IMG/VR virus record: IMGVR_UViG_3300037507_004165
Span: 64,001-128,000 of that record
Reading direction: 5' to 3' (one strand)
Source of the DNA: a virus
Length of the DNA: 64,000 bases
This document shows, in pieces, positions 24,916 to 35,027 of the stretch. The number at the start of each line of letters is the position of its first letter. Position 1 is the first letter of the stretch. The notes below the pieces were generated by a model. The model saw only the letters and a list, made by a program, of their open reading frames with translations. It made no database searches and had not been told where the DNA came from. The translations under genes and the position numbers were made by a program.

Positions 24916-27120
24916 ATGACTATAGAAAATATACAGAAGAAAAGATTTTTAGAAACTATATATAAAATATATTATTCTCTTGGATCTCAGCCGTCAGAAA
25001 CAGAAATCTCAGCCATTTACGGTAGATACTTTAGTAGGTACAACCCAGGTGCACCGATCCCCCTCCAATATAATGACCTGTTAGCTTCTTCTGTTATTGA
25101 TCACGAAAAAATAAATAGGCTTATGGTTCATAGCTCGTTTAATATAGATGTTTTATATGATTCCTTTCATGAAGAAATAGGTGAATTGTATGATTTAATA
25201 ACCGCATTCAAATTCAGAATAGATAATCTAAAGTTAAGAAGATCAGAACTAGAAAAGAACGTAGACGACAAATTATTCGCAATAAATAATACTGATGGAT
25301 TCTATTTTAGTAACACAAATGCGTTTAATGGCACTAGCTTGGTAGATCTTCAAAAAACTTCTGCCGTCATAGATCTATCAGCTAAAAAAATGACGATACC
25401 AAAAATTACATCAGGAGTGTTTAGTTACGTAGGAAACATTTTGAATAAGGTAAACAACGCTTCATTGGAGGTTTTTGTTGACAGTAAGAAAGTAGATACA
25501 ATTAGTTCTGTTGATTTTTCTAATGTATTTAATGGTTTAAATAACAGCGAATGGAAGTATCAGTATGAATCTCCATCTATAGGGGTATGCACACTAAAAG
25601 TGGTTGTTCCAGTTTCGTCTTTGGGTGGAGTGTCTGGGATATCCTTGGTGGAGGGAAAGATCAATTCTCAAAAACCAGTTGATGTTAGTTTATTAGTTTC
25701 AAACACTAATGATTCATCTAACAATATTTCGATGTCAAGAAGTAGCAAGTCAGATTATGACAGCTTCTCTTTCTCGTTTGCTACGACAAGGGCTTCTTCT
25801 GTAGAGATATTTTTGACAAAAGTAGAACCGGATTATACTCTAAATGTTTCTGGCCAAATAAAGTATGTATATGATTTTAGAATAGAAGAACTAATCATTA
25901 CCGCTCCTTACTATGACGCATCGGCGGTGTTTGTAAGCAATCCAATATCTCTCCCCTCTGAGCAGAATACAACTCTTGCAATTGACTCAGTACACTTTGA
26001 TGCTGTTGATCAAGTGCCACCTGGCACGTCGATTAGCTATTATATAGCAGCGGATAACGGTACGCAGGTACTCATAGATGACTACAGTTGGGTCCCGGTT
26101 TCTCCCTCATCACTAAAAAATGCAACCAATTCCAATGTGGTATCTTTTAGTGGAACTAACAAAATTCAATCTAAAGTTATTTCTTCTTCTGCAGGAAATA
26201 TACAGTCAACATTCGAAGAAATGATTAGAATACCAAGATCAGAAACATTTAATAATCCGATTAAAAATTATTTTTACGAAAACGATTCCTTAGAAAATGG
26301 ATTTAACTTGTATAGATTAGCAAAGTTTCCCAAGGATTCCGAACCATACGATGCATACATACTAGAAAATACGGACAGTAATCAGGTTTCAATTTATGTT
26401 GTGAATGGAACAAGTTTAGATAGGGGTTCTTGGCAGCAAGTTTTATCTGGGTCTAGAACAGATTTGCAAGTTAGCAAATCCTATGCCTCACTTAACACTG
26501 CTCAAGAATTTTATCAAGCTCCAAACATACCCTATGGAAGCATATATTTAACCACAAATATATACATGGAAAATTCAGTAACAATGACTAAGAATTTTCT
26601 GAAATCTCTTTCAGCTCAGTTTTGGGATATAGAGGTTTATCTTAATGGCGTTCAAATAAGCACATCCGGATCCTTGGCCCCTGGAGTCCTGACTTCTTCT
26701 TTAACCTGGAATTTTAAAAAGGGTGAAAATACCATAGCAATAATCATCAATAAGTCAACCAATGATACATCTGGTGTTAGAACCCCATTTAACGGATCCA
26801 TATCTCTTATGGAGGGAACCCATTTATTGTCAATACCTAACGCTCAGGTGTACAGAAATTATTTATCATTTGTTAAAATAGAAGATTTAAGAAATAAATA
26901 TTCAAATATAGATAATGTTTTTTCTGTTATTAATTGGGAAAATAATAAAGAAATAGTTTATAGAAGAACTGAAGAAATTAAAGATGGAACAAAGGTCTAC
27001 TATCTAACCAATAACGGCAAATCCCCATCTTCGGTTAGGGTTAGGGCAGATTTATTTAGGGGCGCAGACTCCTACACTGCTCCCGCAGTGCTCTCCTATA
27101 CTCTTAAGTTTAAACACTAA
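24916..27120 (+). CDS. Virion structural protein
   Basis: 734-aa ORF; YYIAADNG..W.PVSP motif like the previous gene. Confidence 0.6.
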   Translation: MTIENIQKKRFLETIYKIYYSLGSQPSETEISAIYGRYFSRYNPGAPIPLQYNDLLASSVIDHEKINRLMVHSSFNIDVLYDSFHEEIGELYDLITAFKFRIDNLKLRRSELEKNVDDKLFAINNTDGFYFSNTNAFNGTSLVDLQKTSAVIDLSAKKMTIPKITSGVFSYVGNILNKVNNASLEVFVDSKKVDTISSVDFSNVFNGLNNSEWKYQYESPSIGVCTLKVVVPVSSLGGVSGISLVEGKINSQKPVDVSLLVSNTNDSSNNISMSRSSKSDYDSFSFSFATTRASSVEIFLTKVEPDYTLNVSGQIKYVYDFRIEELIITAPYYDASAVFVSNPISLPSEQNTTLAIDSVHFDAVDQVPPGTSISYYIAADNGTQVLIDDYSWVPVSPSSLKNATNSNVVSFSGTNKIQSKVISSSAGNIQSTFEEMIRIPRSETFNNPIKNYFYENDSLENGFNLYRLAKFPKDSEPYDAYILENTDSNQVSIYVVNGTSLDRGSWQQVLSGSRTDLQVSKSYASLNTAQEFYQAPNIPYGSIYLTTNIYMENSVTMTKNFLKSLSAQFWDIEVYLNGVQISTSGSLAPGVLTSSLTWNFKKGENTIAIIINKSTNDTSGVRTPFNGSISLMEGTHLLSIPNAQVYRNYLSFVKIEDLRNKYSNIDNVFSVINWENNKEIVYRRTEEIKDGTKVYYLTNNGKSPSSVRVRADLFRGADSYTAPAVLSYTLKFKH

Positions 27121-27128
27121 GGAAAATC

Positions 27129-27566
27129 ATGACGATATCTTACTCTAATTTTAACAGAAGAGAAAATATATTTGAGCCTTCAGTTCAAAAAAATAGGTTG
27201 ACGTACAAGGGGCCAGTACCGTCAAGTTTAATTAATCTTTTTAATGACCAGTTTCTTTTGGATGTTAATAGACTTAAAAAGAAAATAGACGAACTTAACG
27301 AATCATTGGAATATATAAGTCAAATGACTGGAAATGATCTAAATTTAGCCACTCCAGATTACTATTTAAATGAAGAATTATTAATGACTATATACTCACA
27401 AGAGGTTTCATATGATGAAAGTTCTGAGGATTACTTAATAACTTCCTCAACACCTTACTATGAAGATTCTTTGTATTTTGAAAAGTTTAATAAAAATAGT
27501 GGTATGATTTCTTTCTTGTCTGCCAAGCTAGCCTCCATAGAGGCAGCTTTAAAAAAGGATATTTAG
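27129..27566 (+). CDS. Putative virion protein
   Basis: 145 aa; SD AAGGA; N-terminal YKGPVPSSLIN similar to next gene. Confidence 0.55.
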   Translation: MTISYSNFNRRENIFEPSVQKNRLTYKGPVPSSLINLFNDQFLLDVNRLKKKIDELNESLEYISQMTGNDLNLATPDYYLNEELLMTIYSQEVSYDESSEDYLITSSTPYYEDSLYFEKFNKNSGMISFLSAKLASIEAALKKDI

Positions 27567-27575
27567 GAGAAAAAA

Positions 27576-28838
27576 ATGAGTGAGTTTATTTACACACAAA
27601 GAAAGCCAGTTCAATACCATGGCCCTATATCAAGCGCAGACTTTAATGAGAGAATAGAGCAAAACTACGCAGACCTTGTTTATTTATATAATAAATATGG
27701 TGTTCTAGATAAAAAAATAGCTGAAATAATTGAGAGAATTGTAAAAGAAAACATTTATTTGACATCAGCTATTTCGGATTTATCAAATAGAATAAGGGTC
27801 ATAGAAAGTATAAATACAAATCAAATATCTATTCACAGTAAGAATCAGGTAGATCTATCTCCGTTTGTCAACACGCCCTACGCAGTATCAGCTGCCTCTG
27901 CACTTGTTTTTGATGACTACTATAATTTCATGACTCTCCCTAATGTTTTGGGATCATCTCATTCTAAAATAAAATTTGTGAATTCAACCAAAGGTCAAAT
28001 TGTTCCCGACTTTTTAGAGACCAGAATAGACACAAATCTTACTGGCGGAGATGGAACTGGAGCATTAATAGACACAACTCCAGTTCAGAATGCATTTATA
28101 AATCAACCTGATAAGGTATGGAGAAGAAACGTAATACTTAGTGAGCCTAATCCACTTGGTGTAAGCATGTATCTGTATGTAAAGATACCAACTGGGTCGA
28201 TAGGCAATTCCTTAACTAACTGCATTTCACTTTCTCCATATCCATCAAATGGCGTTGATGTTGTCAGGATTGAATATACAACAGCAAAAAGTCCTTCCCT
28301 ATCAGATAAGGATGGATACTATGGAATAAATCCTGGCTATTATGATGGAGAGTACGATGCCTTAGGAAAAGTCGCTCCAGGCGGATGGTCCACTGTGGGA
28401 TCAGATACTGTTGTAAACTCTGGCCCACTAAAGTTTTTCTTTGCTGAAAAAGAAATTACCGCAGTAAGAATCCTTTTGAGGCAGAGAAATTACGTAAAAG
28501 AAAATGGTTCATATGTTTACACCTATGGCCTGTCTGACATAGACATCAGGTATGAAAAATTCTTAAACTCTGGCAGAACCTTTATAAGGTTTGATGCCCC
28601 AACAGGCAAGACAATAAACGAGCTGCTTAACGTATCCCCTAAGGTATATAATATCCCACAGTCTCTTTTAAACGACTCATTTTCCTATAGGGTTTTTTAC
28701 CCATCTGGATCAACCTATGTGCTAATCAATCCAAATACTTCAAGCCACGTGTACATAGAGATATCCCTGTCAATGCTTGAAAATAAAATACCACCAGTTT
28801 TGTCTGATTTAATAATAGAAGCAGATTATAACCTATAA
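27576..28838 (+). CDS. Putative virion protein
   Basis: 420 aa; SD AGGAG; N-terminal YHGPISSADFN. Confidence 0.55.
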   Translation: MSEFIYTQRKPVQYHGPISSADFNERIEQNYADLVYLYNKYGVLDKKIAEIIERIVKENIYLTSAISDLSNRIRVIESINTNQISIHSKNQVDLSPFVNTPYAVSAASALVFDDYYNFMTLPNVLGSSHSKIKFVNSTKGQIVPDFLETRIDTNLTGGDGTGALIDTTPVQNAFINQPDKVWRRNVILSEPNPLGVSMYLYVKIPTGSIGNSLTNCISLSPYPSNGVDVVRIEYTTAKSPSLSDKDGYYGINPGYYDGEYDALGKVAPGGWSTVGSDTVVNSGPLKFFFAEKEITAVRILLRQRNYVKENGSYVYTYGLSDIDIRYEKFLNSGRTFIRFDAPTGKTINELLNVSPKVYNIPQSLLNDSFSYRVFYPSGSTYVLINPNTSSHVYIEISLSMLENKIPPVLSDLIIEADYNL

Positions 28839-28864
28839 GATCTGGTGAAAAATAGGTATCCTTT

Positions 28865-28872
28865 TTACTATA
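28865..28872 (+). promoter_or_regulatory. TTACTATA motif, candidate phage late promoter element
   Basis: Same motif in intergenic DNA at 51172, 57598 and (minus strand) 63656. Confidence 0.4.
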
Positions 28873-28904
28873 TAGATACAATTTCTTTAATAAGGAGAAT
28901 TTAA

Positions 28905-29492
28905 ATGGCTACTTTTTATGTTGGTCCAAGACCTGTTTTGAGAGGTCGCAATACCAATGATATGGTCAATCCGTGGAAGGGCACCTCGGGCACATACTCT
29001 TTCTACCCACTTTTTGCTAAAGGTGTTTTAGACGGTGGTCCAGACAATCATCATGTTCCAGGAACTGGTTACCACCCTGGTAATGTTTTCTTGTCCCAAA
29101 TTTTTAATGGATCAACACTTTACATACACCCACTCTCCGGAACATTTGCCGACGGGGCTGGTTATGAAGGCGCAAGATTCAAGCCAATGGAATACAAGGG
29201 TGTTTCTGGTGTATTTTCATCAGGATACGGACACGGTTCAGATAAGACAAGACCGTACGCCCTGTATAGCAATTACATCTTTGACGGTGTAGCTGCAGCC
29301 AACGCATTTGCATCTGGTTACGGTCACGCAAAGAGAACAAATGACTATAGCCTCTACAATAACTATATATTCGACGGTGTTAACTCAGCCAATGTGTTCC
29401 CATCTGGATATGGCCAAGCAAATACATCTTCCGAATATGGAAGAAACAAAGTCAAAGAGTGGGCTGGAGTAGCCTCAGCAAGAGCACTCTAA
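28905..29492 (+). CDS. Gly/Tyr-rich protein with internal ~30-aa repeats
   Basis: Strong SD TAAGGAG; repeats YxLYxNYIFDGVxxANxFxSGYG. Confidence 0.7.
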   Translation: MATFYVGPRPVLRGRNTNDMVNPWKGTSGTYSFYPLFAKGVLDGGPDNHHVPGTGYHPGNVFLSQIFNGSTLYIHPLSGTFADGAGYEGARFKPMEYKGVSGVFSSGYGHGSDKTRPYALYSNYIFDGVAAANAFASGYGHAKRTNDYSLYNNYIFDGVNSANVFPSGYGQANTSSEYGRNKVKEWAGVASARAL

Positions 29493-29511
29493 GACAAGAC
29501 AAAAGTAATTG

Positions 29512-29533
29512 CACCTGCTATAATATGCAGGTG
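29512..29533 (+). promoter_or_regulatory. Extended -10 promoter (TGcTATAAT) enclosed by inverted repeat CACCTGC/GCAGGTG
   Basis: CACCTGC-TATAATAT-GCAGGTG. Confidence 0.55.
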
Positions 29534-29537
29534 ATGT

Positions 29538-29573
29538 TCGAAACTCCCGCACAGAAATGTGCGGGATTTTCGA
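29538..29573 (+). terminator. Stem-loop (terminator or 5' UTR hairpin)
   Basis: TCGAAAcTCCCGCACA-GAAA-TGTGCGGGAtTTTCGA. Confidence 0.55.
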
Positions 29574-29622
29574 TTATTATGGCAGTGTTTATAAGTTTTG
29601 ATAGAGGCAAAGAGGATTACAT

Positions 29623-30318
29623 ATGTCTATACAGCTGATGGAGCAACTCCTGACCACAAATTCTCTTTCTGTTGAATTAGCAGAAAAGTATTTAACACTT
29701 TATTTGGGTGATGCGCAGTGGCAAGAGAAAATTTCTCAGTTATGGTCAGTCCAAAGTAAAAAACTTGGTGAAGAAAAAGCTAAGGAATTTGTAAAAAAAT
29801 CTGTAGCTTGCGCTTGTCTTTCTCCTGTAATAAACAAGTCTGCAATTCCAGAAGAAAATCATGTTTTATTGTTTTGGGTCAGTGGCTGGCCACAGTTCAA
29901 TGAAAGAGATTGGTTTTCTCTGTTTAAGGACGTTGTCAAAAATGATATACAGGTAGAAAAAAATAGATCAATCATTTTAAATGAAGGTATCTTTGAGCAC
30001 ATTGATATACCTCCATTGACTAGACAGGCTTTTAACTGGCTTTATGAAAAGTTAGAAAAAGAATCTTTTGTTTCAGAAGAAAGAAAAAACGAAGCTGTGA
30101 CAAAGATGAAAAACTTAGTTAGGATTTATGGGGGTGCAGTTATATGTAATCTGTTTACTAATTACAGTCTTAATATCGATAAAGTTCTTAACTGGAGAAG
30201 TGGATATTTCATAGAAAAAGAAATACACAAGGTATACTCTGTAGAACAAATTATCAAAATAAAAAAAGCAGAAATGCTAAAAACAAATTCCAATTATATT
30301 AAAAAGGTCAACGGGTAG
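29623..30318 (+). CDS. Hypothetical protein
   Basis: 231-aa ORF with SD GAGGA. Confidence 0.7.
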   Translation: MSIQLMEQLLTTNSLSVELAEKYLTLYLGDAQWQEKISQLWSVQSKKLGEEKAKEFVKKSVACACLSPVINKSAIPEENHVLLFWVSGWPQFNERDWFSLFKDVVKNDIQVEKNRSIILNEGIFEHIDIPPLTRQAFNWLYEKLEKESFVSEERKNEAVTKMKNLVRIYGGAVICNLFTNYSLNIDKVLNWRSGYFIEKEIHKVYSVEQIIKIKKAEMLKTNSNYIKKVNG

Positions 30319-30329
30319 GAGATAAACTA

Positions 30330-32369
30330 ATGTCAGATATGTTTTCATTTAAGCTAAGCGAGGATTTTGTATCCACTTACAAGGATAAGGTAGCTCCATT
30401 TGGCTACAGAGACGCTGCTGGTAATTCGGTAGGTGAGATAACTTTCTTGAGAACATACTCAAGACTAAAGGATAACGGCACAAAGGAAACGTGGTCTGAC
30501 GTTTGCGAAAGAGTAATCAATGGAATGTACTCTCTGCAAAAAGATCACTGCAAAAAAAACAGACTTCCATGGAACGACGCCAAAGCGCAATCATCTGCCA
30601 AGGAAGCTTTTGACAGACTCTTTAATCTCAAATGGACTCCTCCAGGTAGAGGTCTTTGGGCTATGGGTACAAACATAGTCAATGTACAGAAAAACTCTGC
30701 AGCTCTTCAAAATTGCGCATTTGTTTCGACATCTGAAATGACAAAGCTTCACCCAGCAAGACCATTCGCATTTCTGATGGAAGCTTCAATGCTTGGCGTA
30801 GGTGTAGGATTTGACGACAAAGGCGCAGACAAGGATTTTATAATTTATGAACCAAAAGAATCTGCTAACTATGTTATACCAGACACAAGAGAGGGCTGGG
30901 TCGAGTCTCTTACTTTACTTTTAAACTCTTATCTGAAGGAAAATCAACCATCTTACTCCTTCGACTACTCGCTAATAAGACCATCTGGAACTCCAATAAA
31001 AACATTTGGAGGAGTTGCAGCTGGACATGAACCACTGCTTAAGCTGCATCAGCACATTAGAAAGATGTTTTCTGATAGAGCTGGTTCAAAACTCACAAGA
31101 GTTGACATAGCTGATATTGGTAATCTAATTGGAGTTTGCGTTGTTTCTGGTAATGTCAGAAGATCAGCTGAACTCTTAATAGGAAGAGTGAACGATCAAG
31201 ATTTTTTAAATCTAAAAAATAAAGATAAGTTTCCAGAAAGAAATTCTTATGATCCATCATCACCAGGTTGGGGATGGATGTCGAATAATTCTGTTGAAAC
31301 AGAAGTGGGAGCAGATCTTAGTCCGATCATAGAGGGAATATCACTTAATGGTGAGCCTGGTGTGATATGGATGGATGTTTCAAGAAAGTATGGAAGATTG
31401 ATTGATCCGCCAAATAATAAAGACCATAGAGTAGCTGGATATAATCCATGCGCAGAACAGTCTCTTGAGTCTTACGAGTGTTGCACGCTTGTGGAAACCT
31501 ATTTGGGTAGACATGAAAACCTAGAGGATTATAAGCGCACACTAAAGTTTGCCTACCTATACGCCAAAACAGTAACTCTTCTTCCAACTCACTGGGAAGA
31601 AACAAACGCAATTATGCAGAGAAACAGAAGAATAGGAACATCTATGTCTGGTGTTGCTGATTTTGCAGACAGACTTGGAATGCCGGTGTTAAAAGAATGG
31701 ATGAACCAGGGATACAAAACAGTACAAAGATATGACAATGTTTACTCTGAGTGGCTTGGCATCCGTGAATCAATTAAGATGACAACTGTTAAGCCGTCTG
31801 GAACTGTTTCGATCTTAGCTGGCGAATCTCCTGGGGTTCACTGGACTCCTGGCGGTAAGTTCTTTAATAGAACAATTAGATTCTCCAATGAAGATCCAAT
31901 GCTTCCGCTGTTTAGAATGGCCAATTATAAAGTTGAGCCAGCTTCAGAATCTCCAGATACTACGTCAGTTGTATATTTTCCAATTAAATCAAAAGCTGTT
32001 AGATCTGAAAAAGATGTTACGATTTTTGAAAAGATGGCGCTAGCTACAACAGCACAAAGATATTGGTCAGATAACTCTGTTTCTGTTACAATATCTTTCA
32101 ATAAAGATACTGAGTCTCAATACATAGGGACAGTTCTCCACATGCACGATGGTCAGCTAAAAACAGTTTCATTTCTGCCCAGCGGGAACGATACGTATCC
32201 ACAGATGCCCTATACGCAGATAACTGAGGAAGAATATGTTGATCAAGTAGACAAGCTATTCCCAATAGATTTAACTGGGGTTTATGCCGGAATGGCCGCA
32301 GACGCTATTGGTGAGCGCTACTGTACAACAGATTCTTGCGAGATTAAGTTCATAAAGGATAACCAATAA
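30330..32369 (+). CDS. nrdJ: Class II (adenosylcobalamin-dependent) ribonucleotide reductase
   Basis: PPGRGLW, NCAF, GNVRRSAE, NPCAEQ, TTVKPSGTVS, C-terminal CTTDSC. Confidence 0.93.
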   Translation: MSDMFSFKLSEDFVSTYKDKVAPFGYRDAAGNSVGEITFLRTYSRLKDNGTKETWSDVCERVINGMYSLQKDHCKKNRLPWNDAKAQSSAKEAFDRLFNLKWTPPGRGLWAMGTNIVNVQKNSAALQNCAFVSTSEMTKLHPARPFAFLMEASMLGVGVGFDDKGADKDFIIYEPKESANYVIPDTREGWVESLTLLLNSYLKENQPSYSFDYSLIRPSGTPIKTFGGVAAGHEPLLKLHQHIRKMFSDRAGSKLTRVDIADIGNLIGVCVVSGNVRRSAELLIGRVNDQDFLNLKNKDKFPERNSYDPSSPGWGWMSNNSVETEVGADLSPIIEGISLNGEPGVIWMDVSRKYGRLIDPPNNKDHRVAGYNPCAEQSLESYECCTLVETYLGRHENLEDYKRTLKFAYLYAKTVTLLPTHWEETNAIMQRNRRIGTSMSGVADFADRLGMPVLKEWMNQGYKTVQRYDNVYSEWLGIRESIKMTTVKPSGTVSILAGESPGVHWTPGGKFFNRTIRFSNEDPMLPLFRMANYKVEPASESPDTTSVVYFPIKSKAVRSEKDVTIFEKMALATTAQRYWSDNSVSVTISFNKDTESQYIGTVLHMHDGQLKTVSFLPSGNDTYPQMPYTQITEEEYVDQVDKLFPIDLTGVYAGMAADAIGERYCTTDSCEIKFIKDNQ

Positions 32370-32373
32370 AAAC

Positions 32374-32402
32374 TTGCTGCTGACATAACCCACTGCTATA
32401 CT
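32374..32402 (+). promoter_or_regulatory. Sigma70/HrdB-type promoter giving a probable leaderless thyX mRNA
   Basis: TTGCTG-17 nt-TATACT (extended TG), ATG 6 nt after the -10 box, no SD. Confidence 0.65.
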
Positions 32403-32408
32403 GTAGGC

Positions 32409-33104
32409 ATGGAAAATCAAGACATGATAAAAGTACTAGATAGTGGGTATGTCAGACTTGTAGACCAAATGGGTAGTGATCTCTCTGTGGTCAATGCTGC
32501 CAGAGCTTCTTTTGCAAAAGAATCCAAAGAGTTCTCTATTCAAGACGCTAGACTTCTTGAATTTTTGGCAAGAGAAAATCATATGTCACCTTTCAGACAC
32601 GCCTTTGCAACATTTGAAATAATGGCTCCCTTGATGGTGGCAAGACAGCACTGGAAGTATGTTGTTGGTTCTGACCATACTATGGATTCTTGGAATGAAT
32701 CTTCAAGAAGATATATAACAATGGAACCAGAGTTTTATATACCAAGTAGCGATGAATGGAGACAGGCTCCAGAGAACAGAAAACAGGGCTCAGGAGGCCC
32801 CATAGGCCCTTGGGTAGGGTCTGTGCTAAGCACTAAGCTTAAACAGCACGTAGAGGACGGTAGAGCGCTTTATAAGTGGGCTATGGAGGAGGGTGTAGCA
32901 CCAGAGCAGGCTAGACTATTTTTGGCCGCCTACGGTATGTACCAGCCATATAGGTGGTCATGTAGCCTACAGTCTATAGCGCTCTTTCTTAACCAAAGAT
33001 TGTCAGAGGATTCTCAGGTTGAAATACAAAAGTATGCAGAGGCAGTCTATGAACTAGTTCAGCCCTTATTCCCAATATCTATTAAGGCTCTTACTGGTAG
33101 ATAA
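32409..33104 (+). CDS. thyX: FAD-dependent thymidylate synthase
   Basis: VNAARASF, HMSPFRH, ARQHWKY..SWNESSRRY, EQARLFL. Confidence 0.92.
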   Translation: MENQDMIKVLDSGYVRLVDQMGSDLSVVNAARASFAKESKEFSIQDARLLEFLARENHMSPFRHAFATFEIMAPLMVARQHWKYVVGSDHTMDSWNESSRRYITMEPEFYIPSSDEWRQAPENRKQGSGGPIGPWVGSVLSTKLKQHVEDGRALYKWAMEEGVAPEQARLFLAAYGMYQPYRWSCSLQSIALFLNQRLSEDSQVEIQKYAEAVYELVQPLFPISIKALTGR

Positions 33105-33332
33105 ATGGCAGCTGGAAAACTAAACTATATTGTTGTATACAAAAATACCAGTCAGGTTTATGGATCTGCATCCAAAAAGATAGCCCTTGAGTCACCACCA
33201 CCAGACGGGTGTAAACTAGAAGACAAAAGAGTATACTTTATAACTAACGAACCAGACACCGGCGAACTAGCGGTGTACAAAGTTCCACAAGAAGAAGTAA
33301 GTAATGCAGAAATCAAGGAAAAAAGCAAATGA
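33105..33332 (+). CDS. Hypothetical protein
   Basis: Tightly packed ORF. Confidence 0.6.
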   Translation: MAAGKLNYIVVYKNTSQVYGSASKKIALESPPPDGCKLEDKRVYFITNEPDTGELAVYKVPQEEVSNAEIKEKSK

Positions 33333-33565
33333 GTAAGAAGACAAATCAAAAAAAGAAAATAAATATTAAACTAGAAAACAATCAATCATTTATTGTTGAG
33401 GATTTAGATATCCTAATACATATCCAAAGAACTTATGCATCAATGATGCGAGGTCAACTATCTGAACAGGATAGAGTTGTTTGCGCTAGGGTTATAACTG
33501 CGACTAATTCTGCAATAGAAAACGTTTTTATTTCAACAACAGATGGTTATGGCGATGAATGGTAA
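33329..33565 (+). CDS. Hypothetical protein
   Basis: ATGA overlap with upstream gene. Confidence 0.6.
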   Translation: MSKKTNQKKKINIKLENNQSFIVEDLDILIHIQRTYASMMRGQLSEQDRVVCARVITATNSAIENVFISTTDGYGDEW

Positions 33566-33812
33566 AACTCTCAATACTATTATTGTAATGTTTGCGATAG
33601 GCTTTGCTATTGGCAAAGCAAATAGTAGATCAATTAATTCTATAAAAGACTTAAATAAATCTGGGCCAACCAATTCTCAGTATTTGAATAGGCTTACAGA
33701 ATTTTTTGATGATGATCTAGACGAAGCTAAAAAGGAATACTTTGAGTACATAGATATGGGCTTTAATCCGTCAGATGCCTTTGATATCACTAAAGCAAAG
33801 GCCCGCTTGTGA
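33543..33812 (+). CDS. Hypothetical protein with N-terminal hydrophobic segment
   Basis: IIVMFAIGFAIG; true start may be a few codons downstream. Confidence 0.55.
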   Translation: MVMAMNGKTLNTIIVMFAIGFAIGKANSRSINSIKDLNKSGPTNSQYLNRLTEFFDDDLDEAKKEYFEYIDMGFNPSDAFDITKAKARL

Positions 33813-34624
33813 TTGATCTTTGTGTAATAAATTATAATACTAGACCACTGTTAGAAAGACTATTTAATCGTCTTCATGATAGTTTAAACGACCAATTTTT
33901 TAAGCAGAAAAAATGTTGGAATCTTTATACTGCAGATAATGGATCAAGTGATGATACAGTTGAATGGTTTAGATCAAATGACGACAAGTATCTTATAGAC
34001 AGAATTTATTTAAACAATAATATTGGATATTCAGCTGCCTGCAATAAACTTGCGTCAAAAGGTTCAGGAGAAATAATAGGTCTTTTAAACGCTGATGTCT
34101 GGTTTACAAACGAAGATATAACAAAAATATACGAAATTTTTAATCAGAACAAAGACATACATATACTTGGTCCAAAACAACGAGATGAGTATGGTTTGAT
34201 AAGACACGCTGGAATAATTGGAACAAATACAAAGCCAAAGCATAGGGGCTGGATGGAAGCCGACCCAGCAGATCTTCTTTATAGAGATAGAATTAATTGC
34301 GTTACCGTATCAGGATCTGCATATTTCATTAGAAGATCTGTTTGGGACGATTTGACAAATAATTCTAAGTATAGAGAATTATATCCAGATGCAGTTGGCG
34401 CATTTTTGCCGACTCCTCACTATTACGAGGAAACATGGTGTTCATATTTTGCCAGACATTTGGGGTATAATGTTGTGTATGATGGATCGGTGTCAATCGG
34501 CCACAGCTGGCATGCATCCTCGCCAAAACCCGGTGAAGGATATAGTCATGCAGACGCACAATTTAAAACAAGTCAAACAATATTTCGCAAAGCATGCGAT
34601 TACATAGGAATAGAAAGAGATTAA
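33809..34624 (+). CDS. Glycosyltransferase family 2
   Basis: CVINYNT, ADNGSSDDT, NIGYSAACN, LLNADV, HYYEET. Confidence 0.88.
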   Translation: MIDLCVINYNTRPLLERLFNRLHDSLNDQFFKQKKCWNLYTADNGSSDDTVEWFRSNDDKYLIDRIYLNNNIGYSAACNKLASKGSGEIIGLLNADVWFTNEDITKIYEIFNQNKDIHILGPKQRDEYGLIRHAGIIGTNTKPKHRGWMEADPADLLYRDRINCVTVSGSAYFIRRSVWDDLTNNSKYRELYPDAVGAFLPTPHYYEETWCSYFARHLGYNVVYDGSVSIGHSWHASSPKPGEGYSHADAQFKTSQTIFRKACDYIGIERD

Positions 34625-34625
34625 T

Positions 34626-35027
34626 ATGTCAGACAAATTAAACCCATGGATATATAACGCCGAAGTCAAAAAGGTTGTTGATGGCGATACGTTTGATATC
34701 GTTATTGATCTTGGTTTTGACACCTTAAGAAAGGGAAGAGTTCGTCTTTATGGAGTAAATACTCCCGAAAGTAGAACTAAAGATTTAGCCGAAAAGCAAA
34801 AAGGCTTAGCCGCAAAAGAGTTTACGGATCAATGGTTGACACGAGCTAATCATAAGGTTAAGATAGAAACTGTGATAGATAAAAACGAAAAATATGGAAG
34901 AGTTTTAGCAAAAGTTTGGGATGCAAGTGGCAACTGTCTCAATACAGATATTGTTGCTGCAGGCCTAGCAAGAGAATACTATGGTGTAGGAGATAAAACC
35001 TGGACTGAATTTAAGCAGGATAAATAG
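34626..35027 (+). CDS. Thermonuclease (SNase) family protein
   Basis: KVVDGDTFD, VRLYGVNTPES, EKYGRVLA. Confidence 0.9.
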   Translation: MSDKLNPWIYNAEVKKVVDGDTFDIVIDLGFDTLRKGRVRLYGVNTPESRTKDLAEKQKGLAAKEFTDQWLTRANHKVKIETVIDKNEKYGRVLAKVWDASGNCLNTDIVAAGLAREYYGVGDKTWTEFKQDK

